This document shows positions 9,066 through 16,522 of a stretch of DNA of 32,000 nt, in pieces. Within the stretch, counting starts at the first letter, position 1. Each line of letters begins with the position of its first letter. The notes under the pieces are model-generated. The model was given only the letters and a program-made list of their open reading frames with translations. It had not been told where the DNA came from and did no database searches. Source of the stretch: Methanopyrus kandleri AV19 (GTDB lineage: Archaea > JAADCQ01 > Methanopyri > Methanopyrales > Methanopyraceae); assembly GCF_000007185.1 (NCBI RefSeq), contig NC_003551.1, positions 720,001 to 752,000 of the forward strand. Reading direction: 5' to 3'. Position numbers and translations under genes: made by a program.

Positions 9066-9563
9066 ATGATGATCGGGATCTTGTCGGACACCCACGACAA
9101 CCTGAAGGCCATCGAACGGCTTGCTAGCGAGCTGAACGAGGCGGACGTTGAGGTCGTACTCCATGCGGGTGACTACGTGGCTCCCTTCACCCTCCCGGTG
9201 CTCGCGAAGGTGGAGTGTGACGAGTTTATAGGGGTTTTTGGAAACAACGACGGCGAGCGTGACTATTTGCGCGAAAAGGCGGAGGAAGTGGGCTTCGAGC
9301 TGGTCGGCGAGATCTTCACGGGCGAGGTCTTGGGTCTCCGAGTGGCCATGATTCACGGCACCGAAGAGGCCGTAGTCGAGGCCCTCGCCCGCTGTGGCGA
9401 GTACGATCTGGTGGTTTACGGCCACACCCACGAACCGGAGGAGCGCGTGGTCGGAGACACGCTCGTGGTTAATCCCGGAGAGGTATGTGGGTACGTCACC
9501 GGGCGCCGAACGGCCGCGCTGCTCGACCCCGATGAGAAGAAGGTAGAGTTCGTCGAGTTTTGA
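9066..9563 (+). CDS. Metallophosphoesterase, YfcE/MJ0936 family
   Basis: 165 aa; GILSDTHDN, LHAGDYV, GNND, YGHTHEP, NPG motifs. Confidence 0.92.
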   Translation: MMIGILSDTHDNLKAIERLASELNEADVEVVLHAGDYVAPFTLPVLAKVECDEFIGVFGNNDGERDYLREKAEEVGFELVGEIFTGEVLGLRVAMIHGTEEAVVEALARCGEYDLVVYGHTHEPEERVVGDTLVVNPGEVCGYVTGRRTAALLDPDEKKVEFVEF

Positions 9564-9626
9564 CCCGACATGCCCGATGAAGATCACGGCCTTCGCCTGA
9601 GACGTGACGAGATCCACCCGAGCTGA

Positions 9627-10787
9627 GGGGACACTCCCATCCTCCGAAAGACGGAGCTCGATGACCCGCGACTCGCGCACGTACTCCGTGAGCGCGTAGC
9701 CGACTATCCCTCACTGCTGGCCGCCCTCCGAACTCCGGTTCGGCGCTACACGCTCCGGGTTAACACTCTGAAAGCGGACCTGGAGGATGTCGTCGAATGT
9801 CTCGCCTCGGATTTTCCCGATCGGGAGGTTAGAGAGTCTCCTTACTCCGAGTACGCGGTCGAGATCGAGGTGAAAGGACCGTACCCCGTGGAGGGGAACC
9901 ACCACGTCGTAGTCGCCGACAAGTTCGCGGCCGAGAGCGTCTACGTGGGGGCGGATCTCTACGCTCCCGGGGTGGTGCAAGCGGACCCCGACATCCGTAG
10001 AGGCGACCGCGTGACCGTAGTCTCGGAACGCGGGCACCCGGTCGCATCCGGTGAGGCGGCGCTCCAGGGGCGTGAGATGGAAAAGCGGGACCGAGGTACT
10101 GCCGTCCGCGTGGATCGCCCCACCTTTAGTGCCCCAAAAGTCCGTGAGACCGAAGCGTACCGGCGAGGTTGGGTGTACTCCCAGGGTCTGCCCTCCATCT
10201 TGGCCGTAGAGGCCCTGTCTCCGGAGCCCGGCGAAACCGTGGTCGACCTCTGTGCGGCTCCGGGTGGGAAGTGTTCCCACGTGGCTCAGATCACCGGTCC
10301 GGAGTCCAAGATAGTAGCTATCGACCGCTCCGCACCACGACTCGAACGGATGGAGGCTCGACTACGTCGCCTGGGTATCGACTGGGTCGAGACCGTGCAC
10401 GGGGACGCCAGGAAGGTCGTCAGGAGGCTGCGGGGAACGGCAGACGTTGTCCTCGTTGACCCGCCTTGCACCGCCTTAGGTGTCAGGCCGAAACTCTGGG
10501 TCGAGGCGACTTACGAGGAGGCGCTCGGGCTACCGTCTTACCAGTATTCGTTGCTCAGAGCCGGATACGAAGTCCTTAAGGAGGGCGGAAGACTCCTATA
10601 CTCCACGTGCACTCTCACGCCCACCGAAAACGAACTCGTGGTCGAACGTGCGATACGGGAGCTAAACCTTGAGCCCGAGACGCCGGTGCTTCGACCCGCC
10701 AGACGCTCAGGTCCGGGCGTTGTCTTCCTCCCCCATCGTGCGGATGTCCCTGGATTCTTCTACGCAGTACTCGTTAAGGAAGGATGA
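9627..10787 (+). CDS. NOL1/NOP2/Sun family RNA m5C methyltransferase with central PUA-like domain; translation start unresolved
   Basis: Track ORF starts at GTG 9870, but the same frame is open upstream to a TGA at 9624 and encodes family-conserved LRVNTLK. Core: VVDLCAAPGGKCSHVAQI, DPPCTALG, LLYSTCTLTPTENE. Confidence 0.85.
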   Translation, partial: GDTPILRKTELDDPRLAHVLRERVADYPSLLAALRTPVRRYTLRVNTLKADLEDVVECLASDFPDREVRESPYSEYAVEIEVKGPYPVEGNHHVVVADKFAAESVYVGADLYAPGVVQADPDIRRGDRVTVVSERGHPVASGEAALQGREMEKRDRGTAVRVDRPTFSAPKVRETEAYRRGWVYSQGLPSILAVEALSPEPGETVVDLCAAPGGKCSHVAQITGPESKIVAIDRSAPRLERMEARLRRLGIDWVETVHGDARKVVRRLRGTADVVLVDPPCTALGVRPKLWVEATYEEALGLPSYQYSLLRAGYEVLKEGGRLLYSTCTLTPTENELVVERAIRELNLEPETPVLRPARRSGPGVVFLPHRADVPGFFYAVLVKEG

Positions 10788-10800
10788 GGGAGTAGACGTC

Positions 10801-11811
10801 GTGTCCGACGGCGTCGTGAAACGACGGGCAATACCGGCGATGGCGGCGGGTGTAGCCGTTGTCCTCATCATGATTTGGTCGTTCGATCCTCGTAAGGTCC
10901 TCACCGTAATCGCGAGAACGGAGCCGCGGCTGTTCGCGCTCGCCGTCTGTATCCAACTGGTTGACTTACTACTGTGGGCGCTGCGATGGCACCTGGTGTT
11001 GGTACGAGGCGGGGTAAAGGCACCGTTCCGCCTGGTCTTCGCGGTCAATAACGTCTCGATGCTCGTGAACAACATCACCCCGAGCGCCAGGAGCGGCGGT
11101 GAGCCACTCCGTGTGTACCTACTGGCTCGTATGACCAGGTACCGGGCGCGTGATATCGCCTCCTCCGTCGTTATCGATAGGGTTCTCGACTACTTTCCCC
11201 TGACGTTACTACTACTGTTGAGCGCCTTCCTGATCGCGGGAAGTGGAGGAAGAGGCGGGATTCTCGTCATCCTACTCGGTGGCGTGTCTTTTCTTACAGC
11301 CGCTTTGATACTGTCGCTTTGGTTCTTAGCGAGTGAGCGATACGTGCACAGGGTCGCTCGAGGGGTTCTCCGGCTCCTGTCCCGTGTATCTCGTCGCGTA
11401 CGCGCACGCCGCCTGTGGGAGGAGCTTGATGAGTGGGTGGAAAGGTTCGTGAAGCAGCTTCGAGAGCTCCTCCAGGATCGTCTCACGCTGATTCAGGGCA
11501 CCCTGTTATCGGCTGCAGTGTGGGGGTGCGAGATCCTCAGGACATACGTCGTGTTTTTATCGTTGGGACGCGAGGTGCCCCTACCCGTTATCGTGGTGTC
11601 GTTTACGGTCTCGATGTTCGCGGGTGTTCTCCCGTTACTTCCCGGTGGACTCGGACTGGTGGAGATATCCACTGCATCGGTTTACAGGCTGTGGGGGATC
11701 GACCCGGGAACCAGCGCTGCGGTTGCACTATTAGACCGGCTGATCTCGTACTGGATGGTGAACGCGATCGGTGTGATCAGTCTTTTACGCATCTCACGGC
11801 GAGAAAGATAA
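10801..11811 (+). CDS. Multi-pass membrane protein, UPF0104 / lysylphosphatidylglycerol-synthase TM-region family
   Basis: ORF 10669..11811, likely GTG start at 10801 after the upstream stop; NNITPSARSGGEPLRVYLLARM, LPLLPGGLGLVEIS motifs. Confidence 0.85.
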   Translation: MSDGVVKRRAIPAMAAGVAVVLIMIWSFDPRKVLTVIARTEPRLFALAVCIQLVDLLLWALRWHLVLVRGGVKAPFRLVFAVNNVSMLVNNITPSARSGGEPLRVYLLARMTRYRARDIASSVVIDRVLDYFPLTLLLLLSAFLIAGSGGRGGILVILLGGVSFLTAALILSLWFLASERYVHRVARGVLRLLSRVSRRVRARRLWEELDEWVERFVKQLRELLQDRLTLIQGTLLSAAVWGCEILRTYVVFLSLGREVPLPVIVVSFTVSMFAGVLPLLPGGLGLVEISTASVYRLWGIDPGTSAAVALLDRLISYWMVNAIGVISLLRISRRER

Positions 11812-11817
11812 GGAGGT

Positions 11818-12183
11818 GTGATGTCCTTGCCATACGAGCTCGGGAAAGTCGAGACGATTATAAAGCCGGATGACGGTGGGGTGATCTCCGCCGATATAAA
11901 AGTGTTGGCTACAGTGAGCTTGCACCGCGGCCCTACGATCATCGCCGAAGTCGATCCCAGGATAGCCGGAGAGATCGAGGAAGACGACCACGTCATCGTC
12001 GACTTACCCTTGATACCTTCTCCGAATGAGTCCAGACCACAACCCAGGATAGTGAAGATTATTAAGGATGAGAAGCTCGTGAACCGCGTGAAGGCGGAAA
12101 TCGAGAAGGAACCCGAGACCATGGTTCCACCCGTGATTCCCGGGCAGCCGGCCACACCTCCACCCGAGGACATGTTCGGCTGA
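11818..12183 (+). CDS. Hypothetical small protein with Pro-rich C-terminus
   Basis: 121 aa ORF, co-directional and tightly spaced with both neighbours. Confidence 0.7.
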   Translation: MMSLPYELGKVETIIKPDDGGVISADIKVLATVSLHRGPTIIAEVDPRIAGEIEEDDHVIVDLPLIPSPNESRPQPRIVKIIKDEKLVNRVKAEIEKEPETMVPPVIPGQPATPPPEDMFG

Positions 12184-12206
12184 TAGCCGCCTGGGGAGGC
12201 AGATGA

Positions 12207-14036
12207 TTGATTTTTAAAAAGAGAAAAGGTGGTAAGCGTGAACGGCCCGAGATAGATCTCAAGCTTAAACCTCCGGAGGAAGGTGAGGGAGCTCCGAAGC
12301 TCAAGCTCCCCAAGCCGGAGGGGAGGCCCGGCGAGTCGAAAGGCGCAGAGGCCGTCCCCAAATTAAAGCTTAAACCCCCGAAACCTAGTGAAAAACCTCC
12401 TAGTGGAGAAGAGGAGGAAAAGAAGAAAGAAGAGCGCCCACCGGCTGAAATTAAGCCTCCTAAGCCACCGGAAGAGCGTACCGCTCCCTCGAATTTGGAA
12501 GCTGAACTAGAGCGGCTGAAAGCCGAGAATAAAAAGCTTAGAGAAGAATTAGACGAATGGCGCAACAAAGCCAAGAGTGCGATGGGAGAGAGGGATAGAC
12601 TAAGGTCCGAAATTAAAAGACTTAAGGAAGAACTTGAGAAGCAAGAGAAGGAACTTGATAAGTACATCAAAATTTCGAAGCAACTGAAAGAAAAGTTAGA
12701 AAAAGCTAAAAGAGAATCGGAGGAACTTAAAGAAAAAGCGGAAGAGTACCGTGAACGGTACGAAAAGATTGCTGGGAAATACAATGAGCTTAAGTCGAAG
12801 CTGGAGGATCTCTCGGACCAAAATCGTCGTCTCGCAGAGAATCTAAAGAAACTCAAAGAGAAGTATAATGAAATTAAGGAGGAGAGAGATAGGCTAAAGG
12901 AAGAAACGAAAGAAGTGGGGAAACTCAAGGACCAGTTAGCTAAGCTTCAAAGTAAACTTAAGGAGGTTAAAAGCGAAAGAGACGACCTCGCCAACGAAGT
13001 CGAAGCCCTGAGGAATGAGAACGAAAAACTTAGGAAGAAAATAGACAAACTGAAGTCTGAGCTGAGTAATCTCCAGAAGAAGCTCAAAGATAGGGAGAAG
13101 AAATTGGAAAAGGCTCGCCAGCATATCGGGAAGCTCAGGGAGGAAATTAAGAGAAGGGATGAGGAGATTAGGAAGCTTAGGAAGGCACAAAGTAAGTTGA
13201 AGGATGAAATTAAAAGGTATGAGGAAGGGAAGCGACTTCTGGTTCCACCCGAGACTGAAATGGCGATAGCAAAGGTGAAGGGTAGTATTGTAATAGGAAA
13301 GAATTCAATGGTTAAGGCACTCCAAGAGGATGAGCCCATAGTAGTTAAGGAGGAAATTAATGTCAAAGATAATTCGCGAATTTACGGGACGATTGTGGCT
13401 AAAAACATCTCAATTGGGAGTAATGTAAAGATTTACGGGAATGTAATTTGTGAAAACAAGTTGGAAATCGGAGAAGGCTCTACGGTAAAAGGCCATGTAA
13501 TTTCTATTAATTCACTGAAGACGAGTGCGGATGTGATAATAGAAGGGAGTATGGTCAGCGGAGACGACATCTCGCTCGCTAACAACGTGGAGGTCAAGGA
13601 GGTTCTGATCACGCCAGGGTCGGTCAAGGCCAGTCAAGGCCTCAGCGTTGCGGCGGTGCTGTGTAATGACTTCGAATCAGCCGGTTCCATAGAGGCGGAT
13701 TATATTCTAGCGGATGAGAGGGTCAAGCTGGGTGACGACAGCTTCGTCAAGACGGTGATCGTTCGAGAGGGACCGGTGGAGCAAGGAGTGAACTCATGCG
13801 TCTACTACGGCTCGTTGTCCATCAAGGGTCGGAACCCGAAGCTCTACATAAACACCGAACCGTTCGACGATCCCGTCGCTAACAGGGTATTCCGCAAGAC
13901 GATTTCCAACGTGGAGCGCCTCGGGCCGTTTCATCTAGCGAAGTCGGAGAAAGACGCTAAGTTCGTGTTGAACAGGGTCACCAAGATGGACATCGCGGAG
14001 ATCGTGAAGGAACTGCGAGAATCTCTGAAGGTCTAA
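12207..14036 (+). CDS. Long coiled-coil protein with Lys/Pro-rich N-terminus and C-terminal bactofilin/DUF342-like beta-helix
   Basis: 609 aa from TTG 12207 with GGGAGG upstream; KLKPP/KLKLPKP repeats, about 270 aa heptad-rich coil, then GTIVAKNISIGSNVKIYGNVICENKLEIGEGSTVKGHVIS repeats. Confidence 0.85.
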   Translation: MIFKKRKGGKRERPEIDLKLKPPEEGEGAPKLKLPKPEGRPGESKGAEAVPKLKLKPPKPSEKPPSGEEEEKKKEERPPAEIKPPKPPEERTAPSNLEAELERLKAENKKLREELDEWRNKAKSAMGERDRLRSEIKRLKEELEKQEKELDKYIKISKQLKEKLEKAKRESEELKEKAEEYRERYEKIAGKYNELKSKLEDLSDQNRRLAENLKKLKEKYNEIKEERDRLKEETKEVGKLKDQLAKLQSKLKEVKSERDDLANEVEALRNENEKLRKKIDKLKSELSNLQKKLKDREKKLEKARQHIGKLREEIKRRDEEIRKLRKAQSKLKDEIKRYEEGKRLLVPPETEMAIAKVKGSIVIGKNSMVKALQEDEPIVVKEEINVKDNSRIYGTIVAKNISIGSNVKIYGNVICENKLEIGEGSTVKGHVISINSLKTSADVIIEGSMVSGDDISLANNVEVKEVLITPGSVKASQGLSVAAVLCNDFESAGSIEADYILADERVKLGDDSFVKTVIVREGPVEQGVNSCVYYGSLSIKGRNPKLYINTEPFDDPVANRVFRKTISNVERLGPFHLAKSEKDAKFVLNRVTKMDIAEIVKELRESLKV

Positions 14037-15163
14037 CCCAGTAGCCCTCGCTCATGTCCCACGTACCAGTGTAGCGACGACCCTCGGACCGTGCGAACGA
14101 ACCCTTCCCCTCTCACCTCCCATTTATCGTTGGCTTTCCGAACTTCGCACAGAACCCTCTCCGTGGGTTCAGGACGGACTGTGATTCTATTGTCTTCAGG
14201 CAGGTAACAGACGTAGTACTTCTCACCTTGCCCTGACCATATTTCGCCACCGTTCAGTTCCAGTTTGAGTCGCTTGCCAACCACTAGAGTGTAAACGTCG
14301 AGACGGTCTACAATGCTGTTGCCGACAACTAGACTACGCTCAGGAACGCGCGAGTCGCTGATGTGAGCTCCCGCACCTACTACGGACCATCTCCCGATTT
14401 CACAGCGCGAGAGGCGTGCATTCATGCCCACGAAACACCGCTCCTCGATTTTACACCCATGGATCTCTGCTCCATCTCCGACGAAAGTCACCGGGCCGAG
14501 TTCCGAGCGTTCGATTTCACAGTGTGAGGACACGGAAACCCGTTTGTGTAACACTGAGCGACGGATCGAAGAGAAGTTCGAGATCATGGCGCCTCCGTGG
14601 ACTGTGACGTGCTCCAGCTCCACGAACGCCGCCACTCGGGCGTTGCCGCGTATTCTGGATTCCCTCACGGACACGAGGTGAGGGTGTTTGAAGGCGGGGC
14701 ACAACCAGGCTTCCGAAGAGTCTCGTACCTTGAACCACCGGTTAGTGGGTGACCTCTTCGGGTCGACTACGACGGTTAGATCTAGGTAGAAAGGCTTTCC
14801 GACGCGTTCCTCCAGGAGTTCACGGGCCCGCTTGCCGATCTCTCGGATGGTGCTGCCCTCGCGACCGATGAGGGTAGCCTTCAGCGATTCCTTATGGACC
14901 ACGAGTTCTGCTCGGGCGTAGACGAGTTCAGGACGTCCGCGGCCGGGCCGGATCTCCTTTACCTCGATTCCCACTTCCCGTGGGAGTGATCCGTGGAGTA
15001 CTTCGCGTAAGGCCGAGCGCAGGGCTCTCTCGACGGTGCGTTCACTCGGTAGGTGCGATGTAGTACTCGTAGTTCGGTCGTCTCTGGGTTCGGATTGCGG
15101 GCTGCTCACAGACGTACACCACCAGACAGTCCTGAGGTGCCTCGACGTACCGAACGTTCCCAC
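14033..15163 (-). CDS. Era-type KH domain protein with C-terminal hexapeptide-like beta-helix
   Basis: REVGIEVKEIRPGRGRPELVYARAELVVHKESLKATLIGREGSTIREIGKRARELLEERVGKPFYLDLTVVVDPKR, then RESRIRGNARVAAFVELEHVTVHGGAMISNFSSIRRSVL...VTFVGDGAEIHGCKI. Start uncertain; GTG at 15109 is one candidate. Confidence 0.8.
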   Translation of the reverse strand: MGTFGTSRHLRTVWWCTSVSSPQSEPRDDRTTSTTSHLPSERTVERALRSALREVLHGSLPREVGIEVKEIRPGRGRPELVYARAELVVHKESLKATLIGREGSTIREIGKRARELLEERVGKPFYLDLTVVVDPKRSPTNRWFKVRDSSEAWLCPAFKHPHLVSVRESRIRGNARVAAFVELEHVTVHGGAMISNFSSIRRSVLHKRVSVSSHCEIERSELGPVTFVGDGAEIHGCKIEERCFVGMNARLSRCEIGRWSVVGAGAHISDSRVPERSLVVGNSIVDRLDVYTLVVGKRLKLELNGGEIWSGQGEKYYVCYLPEDNRITVRPEPTERVLCEVRKANDKWEVRGEGFVRTVRGSSLHWYVGHERGLLG

Positions 15164-15533
15164 TGCGAGTCGTCACGGCGGCCAGTGGATCACCTTTCCT
15201 GAGCCGATCTCCTACGTCGGCTATCGGTGTGACTACGTAACCTTCAACCGGTATCTGGTACACCCGGTCCCCGGGCTTCAAGAAGACGAGTGATCGCCGA
15301 TCTACCGGTTCTATGACGACGTGTCGGGTGACCTTGGCCTCCGGTACGTCGAAGACTGACCTGGCCTCCTCGTACACCACCTGTTCGTAGAATATCGGCT
15401 CGTCTAACTCTTCGGCGATCTTCTCCGCTAGCTCACGCGAGCGTACGATCACCTCGAACTCGGGGTCCGTGAGCAAGATCTTGCCGCTCTCTGGAACTTC
15501 GTCGGTCTCCACGTATATCCTGGGAAGTGCCAA
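15042..15533 (-). CDS. DUF2118 family protein (biotinyl/lipoyl-like hybrid motif fold)
   Basis: 163 aa; VFLKPGDRVYQIPVEGYVVTPIADVGDRLRKGDPLAAVTTRSGNVRYVEAPQDCLVVYV. Confidence 0.75.
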   Translation of the reverse strand: MALPRIYVETDEVPESGKILLTDPEFEVIVRSRELAEKIAEELDEPIFYEQVVYEEARSVFDVPEAKVTRHVVIEPVDRRSLVFLKPGDRVYQIPVEGYVVTPIADVGDRLRKGDPLAAVTTRSGNVRYVEAPQDCLVVYVCEQPAIRTQRRPNYEYYIAPTE

Positions 15534-15535
15534 CT

Positions 15536-16510
15536 TCAGAACTCCCTCTCTACAACGAAATCCGCCAACTTTTCTAGGAACTCCCGATGCTCGTTCTCGG
15601 GGAGCTCGCGCAGCGCAGCCTTAGCGCGATCGGCGTACTCTCGGGCCCGCTTTTTAGCGTAATCTATCGCACCGAGATCTTCGAGTATCTGAATAACCTC
15701 GCGAACGTCCTCGCGTGAAGCATCCTCGTTCCCGAGGACCGAAAGTATGCGCTCCCGCTGCTCCTCATCGGCGAGCTCCAGGCCCTTGATCACGATCAGC
15801 GTCTTCTTCCCCTCGACGATGTCGCTGCCCACGGGCTTACCGAGTTCGGACTCGTCTCCGACAAGGTCGAGGACGTCGTCCTGTATCTGGAACGCGATCC
15901 CCAAGTTCTCGCCGTACTCCCGAAGCGCTTCCAGTTGCTCGCGGTTCGCCCCGGCTTTAAGCCCGCCTACGACGCACGATGTCCGTATGAGCGCTGCCGT
16001 TTTCTTCCGGATCATTTCGAGGAACTCATCCTCGGTGACTTCAGTCCTGTTCTCGAACCCGATGTCCATGGCTTGGCCCTCACAGATCTCCGTGCAGGCG
16101 CGGGCGAGTTCTTTCACTGCCTCTACGTCTCCGCCTTCCGCCGCCACTTCGAAGGCTTTGGAGAACAGGGTGTCTCCCGCCAGTATGGCTACCGGTACTC
16201 CCCACTTCACGTGTACCGCCGGGACTCCGCGTCGTTCGTCGTCTTCGTCCATGATGTCGTCGTGAATTAGAGTGAACGTATGAATCAGCTCGACCGCGAC
16301 CGCTTCAGGGAGTACGTCCTCTTCCGATCCACCTAACATGAGACACGATTTGATGGCGAGGAGGGGTCGGATTCGCTTACCTCCCGCTTCGATTAGGTGC
16401 CAACACGCATCGTAGAGGTCCTCTGGGCCTCCTCTGGGTAGTACCTCCTCAATCTTGGCGTCGACGAGCTCGCGTGCACGGTTCAGCTCTTTCAGTATCT
16501 CACTCCGCAT
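15536..16510 (-). CDS. idsA: Short-chain isoprenyl diphosphate synthase (farnesyl/geranylgeranyl diphosphate synthase)
   Basis: 324 aa; GGKRIRPLLAI, FTLIHDDIMDEDDERRG, FQIQDDVLDLVGD motifs. Confidence 0.95.
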   Translation of the reverse strand: MRSEILKELNRARELVDAKIEEVLPRGGPEDLYDACWHLIEAGGKRIRPLLAIKSCLMLGGSEEDVLPEAVAVELIHTFTLIHDDIMDEDDERRGVPAVHVKWGVPVAILAGDTLFSKAFEVAAEGGDVEAVKELARACTEICEGQAMDIGFENRTEVTEDEFLEMIRKKTAALIRTSCVVGGLKAGANREQLEALREYGENLGIAFQIQDDVLDLVGDESELGKPVGSDIVEGKKTLIVIKGLELADEEQRERILSVLGNEDASREDVREVIQILEDLGAIDYAKKRAREYADRAKAALRELPENEHREFLEKLADFVVEREF

Positions 16511-16522
16511 GGAATCGTCCCC

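Noticed and set aside
9060-9110. ATGATGA ... CTGA, C/D-box-like motifs at the start of the phosphoesterase gene
   Set aside because: Overlaps a solid coding start and lacks internal C'/D' boxes.
12062-12928. 288-aa minus-strand ORF opposite the coiled-coil gene
   Set aside because: Ser/Phe/Leu low-complexity translation is the expected antisense shadow of an E/K-rich coiled coil; no domain signature.
13628-13646. Short tandem repeat GTCAAGGCCAGTCAAGGCC
   Set aside because: Single approximate 10-bp duplication within coding sequence; no array or mobile-element context.
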